64,000 nucleotides of DNA from an uncultured virus (IMG/VR IMGVR_UViG_3300023710_000222) (IMGVR_UViG_3300023710_000222), one strand, 5' to 3'. Shown: positions 28,905-39,472, counted from the first letter of the stretch. Numbers and translations: made by a program. Notes: generated by a model from the letters alone, not told the origin.

Positions 28905-29267
28905 CTAAACGTTTTTATTTGACTTCAATTTTTCTCCCCTTTCAGCCCAGTATAATGCTGCTTCCTGTTGGCAGCTGGTGAGAGCTTCGTCCACCTCGTC
29001 AATATTCTCATCGGTAATCTCGATGGTTGGGTGCTCAGGTGTGCCGCCGCCAGCCTGAATGCAAATGAAGTCACGGCGATCTGGAGCGACCGTAACAAAC
29101 TCTTCTTTTTCATCCATTAACTTCATCACTTTTTCATATTCACCTTCCCCTTCTGGGATTTCGATGACCTGTACATTCATCCACGGATATTCGTTGGATG
29201 TGAGAAGATGGTAACGTTTCCCGTTTTCCGCCATCTGGTATTTGTATGTAAAAGTGTACTTTTCCAT
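28905..29267 (-). CDS. Acidic hypothetical protein, 120 aa
   Basis: Co-oriented in a tight gene string. Confidence 0.65.
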   Translation of the reverse strand: MEKYTFTYKYQMAENGKRYHLLTSNEYPWMNVQVIEIPEGEGEYEKVMKLMDEKEEFVTVAPDRRDFICIQAGGGTPEHPTIEITDENIDEVDEALTSCQQEAALYWAERGEKLKSNKNV

Positions 29268-29308
29268 TATGAATCAGCTGTTAAATTCGTGTTTTGTTCC
29301 GCCATTAT

Positions 29309-31312
29309 TTATTCGTTAAAAGTAATAGAAAACTCCTGGTTGTCGTTATTTGTATATAGGATTTTGTTACCTTCTTCTCTTATATACCCGATTAGAAAAT
29401 AATCCTTCTCTATATCATGAACAATTCTATATCCTTTACTGTTAATCGGTTTCTTTATCCAGACGCTGCCTTGTTTATCGTTGAACCCCTTCGGATAATC
29501 TCCGAGTTTTATGTAATCGCCTGTTACTTCTAGATAATATCCTAATTTCGATAGAACAACACGACAATTATATGACAAGAATCTCTTGCTGGAATAAATA
29601 AACGGAACCGAATCAACAAAATACCATTCATCATCAGACTCTTCATCCTCCGATTCTTGTTGTTCAATTTCTTTCATCTTATGCTTCACCTCAGCTATCA
29701 CCATTCTGATTTCAGCATATTTCACGTTTGGGGCACACAAGTTTTTGATGTCCTTTAACGGACAGTCAACGCCAACACTTTTAATAGCATTAAGGATTGG
29801 CAAGTAGTTATCTCTATCTACAAAATCTGGAGCCTTTAGTTCTCCATTTTCAATTAGCTTTGCAATATGGCCATAGATAATTTCAATTCTTTGGCTGCTT
29901 TGCTCTGCTATCTGCTGAGGGTTAAGCCCGTCTCTTATCATCCACAATGTCCGCTGCTCTCCATGAATAGGAGTCAAATGGCTGACAGTTTCTGTTTCTG
30001 GTTCCTCATCGAGAACAATTCTCTTCACAGACTTCATATAGGCTGTGACAATTGGATCTGTCTTGATTATCTTTGCTGTGATGGGTGAAACGAGAACAAT
30101 ACCATGAAATTTGCGGCAGCGGCTAAGAGCCACATAAACTTGCCCGTAAGTAAAAGCCTTGCCGGCATCTATAATCACCTTGTCAAATGTCAGACCCTGA
30201 CTTTTGTGAATAGTTACAGCCCAGGCAAGCTTCAACGGGTACTGTCTAAACGAGCCACAAAGGATTGCTTCAATCTCTTTGGTCTTCTTATTGATATGAT
30301 ACCTATAAAAATCCCAGGTCTGACGTTCAACACCAATCACATTTCCCTCATCTGTTCTGACTATAATCCCTCTATCTCCCAGAGACTGTACAGTTCCAAG
30401 AGTACCATTAACGTATTGGTTACAATCGTTATCATTTCTGATAAACATGACTCTTGCACCCTTTTTTAGTCGGAGCACATAGTTTGTGGGATATTCCTCT
30501 TTTGGGAAAAAGTCCTCGATATATGCCTTATACTCATACTCAACTCCCCCCAGCTCTTCCAACCTTCTATTATTGTATGTCTTAGACCTCCAATTATGAG
30601 TTGTCAATCTGATATAACCTTCATCATCCTTCGGAACGAAATCTTTTTTGAATCTTCCTTCCAGTTCTTTAAGCTCCGTTGTTGAGACGTGTCCAAGCCT
30701 GACATTATTCAACAAAGTAACAAAGTTTCGGTCGTCCTGTCGGTGTATGATCTTCAATTCAAACATCGGGCAATCCAACCGCTTCAATACTTTGCTGCTG
30801 AAGAAATATGGTGAATCGTATTTCTCTCTTAGCTGATCCCAGTCCTCTTCCTGAGCTACAGGCATCAGTTGGTACAAGTCACCAAACATGACCATCTGTA
30901 TTCCCCCAAAAGGAAGAGGATTTTTCCTATAGTGCCTCAGTACATCATCCATTTCATCCAGCAGGTCGCATCGAACCATACTCACTTCATCTATGATGAT
31001 AAGATCTACACTATTGACCAGTCTTATTTCCTCCTCTTTCAGGGCATATAGTTTATGCATCCTCATTCCTGGAATGTATGGCCCAAGTGGCAGATGCAAG
31101 AAAGAATGAATGGTAACACCTTCTGCATTCTTTGCAGCTACACCCGTAGGTGCAAGAACAACGGTCTTTCTGTTGTTCCGCTTGCATTGGCGCACAATCT
31201 CTTTAAGTACAGTTGTTTTACCTGTACCTGCCTTACCTGTAATGAAGAGCGACTTGCCTTCCAAAACAAGGCCAAGAGCCTTCTCGCCGTATTTATCTAA
31301 TTGAATGCTCAT
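29309..31312 (-). CDS. PIF1/RecD-like SF1B helicase with C-terminal HTH and extra domain
   Basis: GKAGTGKT, APTGVAA, IIDEVSM, GDLYQL, LAWAVTIHKSQGLT and GQVYVALSR motifs. Confidence 0.92.
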   Translation of the reverse strand: MSIQLDKYGEKALGLVLEGKSLFITGKAGTGKTTVLKEIVRQCKRNNRKTVVLAPTGVAAKNAEGVTIHSFLHLPLGPYIPGMRMHKLYALKEEEIRLVNSVDLIIIDEVSMVRCDLLDEMDDVLRHYRKNPLPFGGIQMVMFGDLYQLMPVAQEEDWDQLREKYDSPYFFSSKVLKRLDCPMFELKIIHRQDDRNFVTLLNNVRLGHVSTTELKELEGRFKKDFVPKDDEGYIRLTTHNWRSKTYNNRRLEELGGVEYEYKAYIEDFFPKEEYPTNYVLRLKKGARVMFIRNDNDCNQYVNGTLGTVQSLGDRGIIVRTDEGNVIGVERQTWDFYRYHINKKTKEIEAILCGSFRQYPLKLAWAVTIHKSQGLTFDKVIIDAGKAFTYGQVYVALSRCRKFHGIVLVSPITAKIIKTDPIVTAYMKSVKRIVLDEEPETETVSHLTPIHGEQRTLWMIRDGLNPQQIAEQSSQRIEIIYGHIAKLIENGELKAPDFVDRDNYLPILNAIKSVGVDCPLKDIKNLCAPNVKYAEIRMVIAEVKHKMKEIEQQESEDEESDDEWYFVDSVPFIYSSKRFLSYNCRVVLSKLGYYLEVTGDYIKLGDYPKGFNDKQGSVWIKKPINSKGYRIVHDIEKDYFLIGYIREEGNKILYTNNDNQEFSITFNE

Positions 31313-31329
31313 TCAGTCCTTTAGTATAT

Positions 31330-31593
31330 TTACAGATAATCAACGTGAAATTGAAATTCACAGTCCTGACATTCGCAACTTCCGTCGCGGTAAACGGTCA
31401 CATTTGGGCTACCACATTCCGGGCAATAGACATCATCTACGTTTACTTGACTGTAATTGTTTGAATATCTATTCGGACTTTTTCGGGAGCCATTGCGATT
31501 ATGGTTCCTGCGTTGGAATAATCCAGGAAAGTCTTCTGCCAGCACAGCAACTAAGCATAACACAAATAGTATTGTAAAAATAAAAAATGTCAT
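31330..31593 (-). CDS. Membrane-anchored zinc-ribbon protein
   Basis: N-terminal TM; CPECGS...CQDC. Confidence 0.65.
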   Translation of the reverse strand: MTFFIFTILFVLCLVAVLAEDFPGLFQRRNHNRNGSRKSPNRYSNNYSQVNVDDVYCPECGSPNVTVYRDGSCECQDCEFQFHVDYL

Positions 31594-32150
31594 TCGTCAC
31601 TTTCTTTATTGTCGTAATACCCAGCTTCATATCCTTCTTCATACCCCTGCTCATATTCATCTTTTTTCCATCCCTCATATCTGCACTCATCATCAAACTG
31701 GCCACCAAAGCCATTGCCCATCACAGCATCATCCTCACCATCATCATAGCCTTTCTCATATCCTTCTTCGTAATAACGAGAGATTTTCACGGGCTTGACA
31801 GGTTGAGCTTGTGGCAGTTCTTGTTGTTGCTCTTGCACTTCAACCTTGGGCTGTTCTACCTGTTCTTGTGTAGATGTTGAAGCTGGAGTTGATGTCTGAG
31901 GTGGATAATATGGTGTTTGATAATTATATGTTGGAACTGTCACATACTGAGGGTTTGGCTCTTGTTTGGTTTCTTTCTTATTATCTGAACTACAAGTAGC
32001 ATATAAAAAACCTGCAAACAAAATGATGGCCACAAAGTAGCCGAAGCCACAGCCTCGGTTGTCGCTGCCCCCACCACCAAAGTATTCAGGGAGTTCCCCC
32101 GTATGCTGGTGGTAGTCATAATCTGCCATCATTCTTGTAAATGCGCTCAT
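31590..32150 (-). CDS. Single-TM protein with low-complexity linker and GY(E/D)xG repeats
   Basis: TM helix, Gln/Pro-rich linker, YEEGYEKGYDDG repeats. Confidence 0.65.
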   Translation of the reverse strand: MSAFTRMMADYDYHQHTGELPEYFGGGGSDNRGCGFGYFVAIILFAGFLYATCSSDNKKETKQEPNPQYVTVPTYNYQTPYYPPQTSTPASTSTQEQVEQPKVEVQEQQQELPQAQPVKPVKISRYYEEGYEKGYDDGEDDAVMGNGFGGQFDDECRYEGWKKDEYEQGYEEGYEAGYYDNKESDE

Positions 32151-32186
32151 TGTATGCTATCTATATTGTTCTTCGTAAAAAAGACT

Positions 32187-32408
32187 CTAAATGACACCGC
32201 TGCAATCCAAAACAAATAATAGGACTAAGATAAGGGCTAAGAGGCATCCAGTGTAAGCCTTCCAACCTTTCTCTTTCTTTGCCTCTTCATATTGCTCTGC
32301 CCAGCTCTTACGTCCCCTTCGTGAGGAGTGTCTGCTATTCGAGTCGCTCATTTCTTCATGAGCATCCTCTATGGCTGTCATTGCCAGGAAATCTGTAAAG
32401 TCAGACAT
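32187..32408 (-). CDS. Small membrane protein, 73 aa
   Basis: C-terminal TM; starts 29 bp after the brxL stop. Confidence 0.6.
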   Translation of the reverse strand: MSDFTDFLAMTAIEDAHEEMSDSNSRHSSRRGRKSWAEQYEEAKKEKGWKAYTGCLLALILVLLFVLDCSGVI

Positions 32409-32437
32409 GTGATGAGGTTACTATATTATTCCATTTC

Positions 32438-34951
32438 CTACTCGCTTTTTCTTTTCACATTAACCACGTCACCTAAATGGTACACGACAAGCCAGAGGCA
32501 GAGATCACCATTGGCATCAGGAACCAATTGTGATGCTTCAATGCGCAGTCTAATGGGTGTGCCATCTTCATTCTTTGCTGGCTCGAAGGTGATTTCCTTC
32601 ACCTCGACAAGTGCGGTATCGCGGACTGCATTATAGCCGACGGCCAATGACAGGTACTTGTATTCAATGGGCTTGTATGGATATACGCCATCATTCCATG
32701 CCATCGGGTCACCCTCGATGGGAGTCTGGATATACTTCTTATACGTAGTATCCTTGATTTCTCTGTACTCCTCTTTCTTGGTACCTTCTACAATCGCATC
32801 GAAGTACTCTTGTTTGATGGGCAGGTACAAAGAATTGGCTTTGACCTCTTCGGCCAGTGACGTTTTTTCCATCAGATCCGAACCCTCCTTCAGGTAGGTA
32901 ACGGTGAAAGCGCGGCATCGGCGTTCACTCTGGCGAATCTGAGCGAGGGTGTAACGCTCGAACTTATCATAGATGTCAAGGCCACGAGTAAGCAGAATTT
33001 TCCAGCCGTTATCAAGCTGAATCCAGCGGTCGTGGTCAGCCTTGAAGTCGTATGTAAAGGTAATGCCGTAGGATTCCAGCTCATCCTTGATGCCATCGAA
33101 TGTGTCAATCATTTCAGGAATCTTCTCTTCATCGTTCTGCGTACTAACATGAACGCTCAGCTCTTCGGGGAAGTCAGAGCATTCACGCAGTGATGCTATC
33201 AGTTCCATCAGATTGAATATCTGGAAGGGCGCACGGATGTAAGGGTCGGTTATGGTGATTGATCGTGCACTACGGAAATAATCACCAAATAGGGAGTTGT
33301 AAGTGACCCCCTTCTGATTCATTCGGATAGTCTTCAGCCCTTCCCGAAGCGGCTTGATACGCGGACGGCGTGTCTGCTCAACCTCTTTTGAAGGTTCTGC
33401 AGCAGGCTCCTTTCCGACAGTCGGAATCTCATTGTCCACCTCTTCTGCAGGTTCAGGTTCCTCATCTATATATTTATCCTCTATACCATTTTCCAAAGCT
33501 TCCAGCGTCTGTACCTTCACCTGTTCGCCCGTCTTCATATTTGTGTAAACGAACTTGGCAGGTTCTGCCTTGAAGGTTTCATCTATGATGTAAAGCTGAT
33601 CCTTCACACGCTTACGGCTCTCCGCTGCAAAGTCAATCATTTCGTATGCTTCTTCATCCGTGAAGTTAAGGTCAGGATAAATCAGCTTAATCAAGCCGGA
33701 GAACGTCTTACGTACTGCCAGATGGTCTCGCTCTGAAAGCGAGCCATCGAACCTTGCGTATTCCTTCAGCTTGCCTGTGAGGTCTGTATTACGCATGGCG
33801 TGAAGCACAGCTGCTATGTAGTCAGTAATCAGGCCATAGCCTTTAGAGAAGCTATCCTTCTTCAGCATCTTTATCTCCCAACCTGGGTTATAAAGATGGA
33901 TGCGGTCAAGGAAAGCACCTTTGATGAATGATGTGGGTATGCTCTCAAACAAATGAGAGTTTCGGAGCATATAAGGTACGGTATGCTTCGTGTTACCCAC
34001 AAATGACATCGAAGCTGATGCCTCGTGTGTAGCCTTACCGCGGTTGAAGGACTTATTGGCGAGGTAGTTCTGCATGGTGTCAATGAGCACGGCATCTGTG
34101 GCACGTCCCTTCTGCTGTTCAAACTCATCCCATGCCACTACGTCCCAATAACCTACAAGTCCAAGTATCTCCTTATTGCCGGACATCTTCACGAACAGAC
34201 GTGCAGAGGTGACATCACCGCCACTTACCAAAACGCCGTATGGTGACAGTTCCTGGAACACATGGGACTTACCCGTACCCTTCGGTCCAAGTTCCATGAA
34301 GTTGAAGTTATTCTCAACGTGCGGCAACAGTCGAGACAGCACAATGAACTTCTCGCGTCGGTTCATCATATCCGGATTGAGTCCCACTGTATGAACGAGG
34401 AAGTCAATCCATTCTTCTGTTGTGAAGTTTTTGCGTTGGCTGATATAATACTGCAGATCGATGTTGGAGATTTGCACAGGCTTCAGCGTCTGTATCTCCC
34501 ATCGAACCTTGACATCCTCTCCGGGGATATAGCCAACAGTCACGATGCACCAAACGCCGTTGCCGGAAAGCAGCTTTGGATTCTGCTTGACATACTCCGT
34601 TCCGATGGGAACGTGCGTCAAGCCCAAGTTTGCGAACTCGGCATTATATTCATCGTTGCGTTCATTCAGCGTGACGGAGATCTTATCAATGATACGATGC
34701 CGTCCGTTCTCGCGGATTTTGCCTTTTACGGCTTCCGCGTCGGCACGATGCACGTAGTTATTACGAATTACATCCTTGACTTTTTCAAGTCCGTTTTCAA
34801 TATCTTCCGGGTCGTCACTGGCACAGTACTGTCCCAGCAGGTATTCGAGAACGTATGTAGGTACAGGCAGACCACCTTTCACGAGGAAAGCCAGGTCTTT
34901 CCGAACCACTTTGCCTAAAAAGGCTTCCATTATCTTTTCTTGTAATGACAT
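32438..34951 (-). CDS. brxL: BREX BrxL-type AAA+ protein with MIT_C (PLD-like) domain and C-terminal ASCH-like domain
   Basis: VPTYVLEYLLGQYC, ELGPKGTGKS, VAWDE, AFLDR; then DPYIR..HDRWIQLDNGWKILLTRGLD; then LYLPIKQEYFDAIVEGTKKEEYRE. Confidence 0.88.
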   Translation of the reverse strand: MSLQEKIMEAFLGKVVRKDLAFLVKGGLPVPTYVLEYLLGQYCASDDPEDIENGLEKVKDVIRNNYVHRADAEAVKGKIRENGRHRIIDKISVTLNERNDEYNAEFANLGLTHVPIGTEYVKQNPKLLSGNGVWCIVTVGYIPGEDVKVRWEIQTLKPVQISNIDLQYYISQRKNFTTEEWIDFLVHTVGLNPDMMNRREKFIVLSRLLPHVENNFNFMELGPKGTGKSHVFQELSPYGVLVSGGDVTSARLFVKMSGNKEILGLVGYWDVVAWDEFEQQKGRATDAVLIDTMQNYLANKSFNRGKATHEASASMSFVGNTKHTVPYMLRNSHLFESIPTSFIKGAFLDRIHLYNPGWEIKMLKKDSFSKGYGLITDYIAAVLHAMRNTDLTGKLKEYARFDGSLSERDHLAVRKTFSGLIKLIYPDLNFTDEEAYEMIDFAAESRKRVKDQLYIIDETFKAEPAKFVYTNMKTGEQVKVQTLEALENGIEDKYIDEEPEPAEEVDNEIPTVGKEPAAEPSKEVEQTRRPRIKPLREGLKTIRMNQKGVTYNSLFGDYFRSARSITITDPYIRAPFQIFNLMELIASLRECSDFPEELSVHVSTQNDEEKIPEMIDTFDGIKDELESYGITFTYDFKADHDRWIQLDNGWKILLTRGLDIYDKFERYTLAQIRQSERRCRAFTVTYLKEGSDLMEKTSLAEEVKANSLYLPIKQEYFDAIVEGTKKEEYREIKDTTYKKYIQTPIEGDPMAWNDGVYPYKPIEYKYLSLAVGYNAVRDTALVEVKEITFEPAKNEDGTPIRLRIEASQLVPDANGDLCLWLVVYHLGDVVNVKRKSE

Positions 34952-34972
34952 ATAGCGAATGTATTATATAAC

Positions 34973-37510
34973 TTAGAAATCTTGTTCAATCATTGTGTTG
35001 TTCTTCACCGTCTCGCGGATGAGCGGATTCAGCTTGTCCTTAGCATCCCAGATGCGAAGTTGGAGGACGCTTGAAGCAGCAGATTCTTTCAGGTGCAGCA
35101 CCACTTCAAACACGCGGTTGTTCAAGTTGGCAGAATCAGTACTGTTCAACTGAACTTCCTTTTCCTCCGTTACAGGGCGTTCTCCATCGAAGACTTGGCA
35201 AACGACAGTACGTTCCATCACTGTCATAGATACAGCCTCAGACTGAATCAGATGGAACTTCAGTCGGCTGCTGACCATATTCAGATTATGGCTCATCAAT
35301 GAAACGCCAACCTTCTCCGTCTTGTCTGTCTGACGCTCTCTACTCCTGATTACAGGAATAATCATTTCTTGCAGCGTTGCTCCGCCATGGGCAAATTTAT
35401 AACCTCCAGATGCAGCTAAACGATTCGTTCCAGTTGGGACTGCGACGAACACTTGGCTATCACTCTTCATGGCTGATACCTGCTGCAATGGGAACTTCTC
35501 GATCCCTTCTTTATATGCATTGCTTGTGGTAAGATAGTAACGAGTCTTTTTCTCGATACATGATTCTTCCACGCTATGCTTGTCTTTTTCCTCGAAATTG
35601 GTGTCATTATAGATGAAGCCGTGGTCTGCTGTTACAACGACGTTGGACACGTTCCATGTAGCATGAAGTCTTGTAATCAGCACCTTCAGCTGTTCTATTG
35701 CTGTGCGGCAAGAACGGATAATCTCAAACGTATCCTGCTTATGGCTCGTGTCATCAATTATGTCATGGAAAATATAAACCAGCGGTCGTTTGAATAGTTC
35801 GCGGATAGCAGTCCTATCACCATTCATAACCTCTTCGTATGTGACACATACAGCCCTTTCCTTATAACGTTCGAGATGGGCAGTGCGTTGTTCCTTTGTT
35901 ACAAGAACTTGCCCATCAACAGCCATTTCCGCCCCTTGCAGTTGCAGGGATTGATGCGGCAATAATGCTGTCTTCGTGAACTTGGTTTCTGTAGGCAGCA
36001 TTGCACGGTATGGAACCAGCTCAGCAATATGTTTTTCTTTTGCCAGAATCTCCATCAGTTCCTCTGCTACCTCATATCGGAATGCGTCTGAAATGATAAT
36101 CGCCTGTTTTACTGTTGGCTCACTCTCATGAGCATAGAACTCCTCTTGCTTCCCTATTGAAAGGACATCGAACAGTTCCGGCTTCTCTTTGATGCAGGCA
36201 ATCCATTCCAGGTTCAGGACGTTGGTCAGTTTAGCATATTCCTGATCCAACTGCCTCTTGGTATCGTTGATGACCTCAAATATTGGGAAGTCCTTTGTGA
36301 TAAGTACATGATATGCTTCAAGAGAGTGGCGGTAGAATCTATCCACCAGATGCCATGTCTCTGTGTAGAGACTCACATAAGCTTCTGCCGTATTCAGTTT
36401 CATCGTCGGCACAGAGCGTACTTTCTCATAAAACAAGGCCACTTGCCCAATAAAGCGGAACACAATCTGAATGTCAGCTTCCAATGGGAACTTAATGGAC
36501 AGTGTACGAATCTTGTCATTTACCTCAGATGGTTCTGCCAGCAAGCGCTCTGTCATCAACTTCGCCAACATCGGCCAACACATTGCTTCGGTCATATAGT
36601 GATATTGGGCATCGATACCATATACTCTTACGATTTCATCTTCTCTGATATCCTTGCCAAGTTCGTTCAATGCCTGAACAAACTTCTCTGCCCATTGTCT
36701 GCTATGAAGCCCGTATTCATAGACCTTATTCTGAGCGTCAAGCAATACAGGGCTTGTCACCTTATATTCCTTATAGTTGTCAAACGAAGCCACCTCTAAA
36801 AGCTGGGTGATGCTATTGTATTTCAAGCATTCAGCCACTTCCTTCATCTTCACCTCAGAATTGGGATTGTAGCTACGCCCGAAGATGCGGTTGAGCTTAT
36901 TGTCAACAGCTTTCTTCGCGTCGCGGTTCTTCTCCAGACGGTAGAAGAAATCAATCCGCCGTTTTTCTTCAGACGGCAACCCGAGTACAAGCATCCTAAC
37001 AATGATTGGTTCCCAATCCAGTAATTTCTTATCACCGAGGTACGCAGAAATAAAAGCCCTGCACACGATGTCCTCGCTGAACGTCTCAGGATTCAGCATC
37101 CCCACCAGCATAGTGCTGATCTTGGAGGACATTATTTCGCTGATGTTGTTCTTGATGAACAGCCGGAACTTGTCAGGCAGGTTGTATTGCTGCATGAAGC
37201 TTTCGTAGTCATCCTCCTTGTACTCCATATTGGCTTTCAGCATGTCAAGCAAGGGGAACTTCAACATCTGTTCCTCGGTATGCGGGAATACCTCTTCAGG
37301 GAAGAGCAAGATGATATTCTTCTCCTTCCAGGTGTTTTCGATGGCATACTTTGTGTTAAACCAAGCACCATCGAATACCTTATAAATGTAGTTGTCACTC
37401 CACGTTTTATCCTGCAGTTCCGTGAAAATGATATTCATCTGGTCAAAGATGAACAGCACATGCAACTGAGGATTGCGTTCAAAGTAGTTATATATTCTGT
37501 TCTGTGTCAT
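34973..37510 (-). CDS. pglZ: BREX-1 PglZ (BrxZ) phosphatase-fold protein
   Basis: IISDAFRYE, MLPTETK, TADHGF and FAHGGATLQEM motifs. Confidence 0.93.
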   Translation of the reverse strand: MTQNRIYNYFERNPQLHVLFIFDQMNIIFTELQDKTWSDNYIYKVFDGAWFNTKYAIENTWKEKNIILLFPEEVFPHTEEQMLKFPLLDMLKANMEYKEDDYESFMQQYNLPDKFRLFIKNNISEIMSSKISTMLVGMLNPETFSEDIVCRAFISAYLGDKKLLDWEPIIVRMLVLGLPSEEKRRIDFFYRLEKNRDAKKAVDNKLNRIFGRSYNPNSEVKMKEVAECLKYNSITQLLEVASFDNYKEYKVTSPVLLDAQNKVYEYGLHSRQWAEKFVQALNELGKDIREDEIVRVYGIDAQYHYMTEAMCWPMLAKLMTERLLAEPSEVNDKIRTLSIKFPLEADIQIVFRFIGQVALFYEKVRSVPTMKLNTAEAYVSLYTETWHLVDRFYRHSLEAYHVLITKDFPIFEVINDTKRQLDQEYAKLTNVLNLEWIACIKEKPELFDVLSIGKQEEFYAHESEPTVKQAIIISDAFRYEVAEELMEILAKEKHIAELVPYRAMLPTETKFTKTALLPHQSLQLQGAEMAVDGQVLVTKEQRTAHLERYKERAVCVTYEEVMNGDRTAIRELFKRPLVYIFHDIIDDTSHKQDTFEIIRSCRTAIEQLKVLITRLHATWNVSNVVVTADHGFIYNDTNFEEKDKHSVEESCIEKKTRYYLTTSNAYKEGIEKFPLQQVSAMKSDSQVFVAVPTGTNRLAASGGYKFAHGGATLQEMIIPVIRSRERQTDKTEKVGVSLMSHNLNMVSSRLKFHLIQSEAVSMTVMERTVVCQVFDGERPVTEEKEVQLNSTDSANLNNRVFEVVLHLKESAASSVLQLRIWDAKDKLNPLIRETVKNNTMIEQDF

Positions 37511-37515
37511 TATTC

Positions 37516-39465
37516 TTAGTTTTTATTATAAGCTTCTAATGTTCGCATTTCAGGGAACTCATCATCCATTGGTTTATCAGAATATAACACTTTATAAGAT
37601 TCTCCCTGATAACTGAGATCGATATGTATGCCATCATCTGATAGCTTTCTCATTTCAATGACTTTACAGTTATTATAGATTTTATGAGTATAAGGAATTA
37701 CAAACACACTACCATTTAGTTCATATTGTGAATTTGTTGCTTCACAATGAACAATAGCGACATTACCGCCTTCTTTGACTTCTTGTAAAAAAGCTGTAGA
37801 AGGTATTACATCTGCACCAAAACTTATACATTCCTCTTTTGATTGATAATTGATTACAGTATGGTTTAGATATGATAAGACAATATTTGATATCTTATAT
37901 GCTTCATCACTATACTGGAAATACTTTGCAAATTTATTTCCTGTTTTTAATTCTATGGCTCTAATGTTCTGGTAATATTTTTCATGCTTTACGAACGGAT
38001 TGCTGGATGGCTGTTTTGGGGAATCAGAAAGATTAATAGGGCTCGATGACAGTTCTTTAATAATGAGGTCTTCTTTGGCAAAGAAAGCTTTTATTAGCTT
38101 AATCCATTTAAGTGCCTCGTTATTGTCAGAATAGCTGTCTTTCGACTCAAAATAGAATTGTATTCCATATCCTTTGGTATCTATATCAGAAAAGTCCAAA
38201 GTAATCTCCAAAAGATAGATATGGCAGTCTAAAACCAATCTTCTCTTGTATTCATTGAGTTTGAATGCCCTACATTTTGTCCTCTCTAAGAAGCTTTCTG
38301 ACGGAATTAAAATTGTTAATGCCAACTCCGTAACAGAGGGTGTCAGCATTAACGATTTTATCTCGCTGTTTATCAAAACACCATTGACGCTATGGTTGCA
38401 TTTTAACAAATCCTCTCCAGTGAATAAGATTGATGGGAGTTCTGGCATTTCTTGGTTTATGCCTTTTTTACCGAATCTCTCAAAATCAAAGCCGTTGAAA
38501 GGATCGTCTGATAGCGGTTTAATTGTAAACTGAACTTGTTCAGTCAGTAATTCTCCTGGTAAGGGTTTATAAGATAGAATTTGATTCTCCCCTTCTTTAG
38601 ATAGAGATACAACAGGCGTAAAGTGGTTAGATTTACAGAACCTATCATAAGTTTCAGTGGAAATCTTATGGTGACGAAAATCATCACTAATATGTTCTTT
38701 TAATTCATCCATTAATACAGTAAAGAATTCAGAAGCATACGCCTCATAATATTGTATCTTCAATTTTCGAAGTTGCCTTTTTCGGCTTTGAGGTATATGA
38801 GGAGCAATCAGAAACATAGGCTTTTGATTCCTACCTATTTGTTTAGATATACCCGTAATAATATCAACGATATTGTCATCAGTTAAACTATATCCGATAA
38901 ATAGAATGTGTGTTTTTACAAATTCAGAAGTAACCATATTCCAAAGTTGTGGGAAGGGTGGTTTTTTTTGGAATTTGTTATAATCAGTCTTGGTTATAAT
39001 TACGGAATCAGGGTCATTAAAATCTCCGTGTATTTTGAATACATTCGTCCTCTTTGGATCAAAAAAAGCACAGTCTTTATCATTCCTTATCACATTCACT
39101 TCATCCTGAGGATAAGAGCTTTCTAATAGTGTATCATAATTTGTAGTATATATATTATGAAAATGAGGGATGCCAGCCATCATGGAATGATCAGTCATAC
39201 ACTTTGGCTCGAATTCAAACTTTTCTTTAAGTAAGGTTATCAATTCGTTTCTGCTTCCCAAACAAATGTTTTCTACATAAAAATCTGACAAAGCTGACAA
39301 ATCATCATCTTTGTGTTCTTCTTGTTGTTCTTTATCTAATTCTCCGAGAATGGCATTACATAATTCCTTAACAGATGGCGCATCTGCCTCTATAGAGAAT
39401 CCCGCTCCAATAAAAAGCGATACTTTCTCCTCTCGTATTAATTTTATCAGTCTGTCAAAATTCAT
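37516..39465 (-). CDS. SIR2-like domain protein inserted in BREX
   Basis: LFIGAGFS, YTTNYDTLLE, KIHGD and LFIGYSLTD motifs; visibly AT-rich compared with neighbours. Confidence 0.88.
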   Translation of the reverse strand: MNFDRLIKLIREEKVSLFIGAGFSIEADAPSVKELCNAILGELDKEQQEEHKDDDLSALSDFYVENICLGSRNELITLLKEKFEFEPKCMTDHSMMAGIPHFHNIYTTNYDTLLESSYPQDEVNVIRNDKDCAFFDPKRTNVFKIHGDFNDPDSVIITKTDYNKFQKKPPFPQLWNMVTSEFVKTHILFIGYSLTDDNIVDIITGISKQIGRNQKPMFLIAPHIPQSRKRQLRKLKIQYYEAYASEFFTVLMDELKEHISDDFRHHKISTETYDRFCKSNHFTPVVSLSKEGENQILSYKPLPGELLTEQVQFTIKPLSDDPFNGFDFERFGKKGINQEMPELPSILFTGEDLLKCNHSVNGVLINSEIKSLMLTPSVTELALTILIPSESFLERTKCRAFKLNEYKRRLVLDCHIYLLEITLDFSDIDTKGYGIQFYFESKDSYSDNNEALKWIKLIKAFFAKEDLIIKELSSSPINLSDSPKQPSSNPFVKHEKYYQNIRAIELKTGNKFAKYFQYSDEAYKISNIVLSYLNHTVINYQSKEECISFGADVIPSTAFLQEVKEGGNVAIVHCEATNSQYELNGSVFVIPYTHKIYNNCKVIEMRKLSDDGIHIDLSYQGESYKVLYSDKPMDDEFPEMRTLEAYNKN

Positions 39466-39472
39466 AATATGA

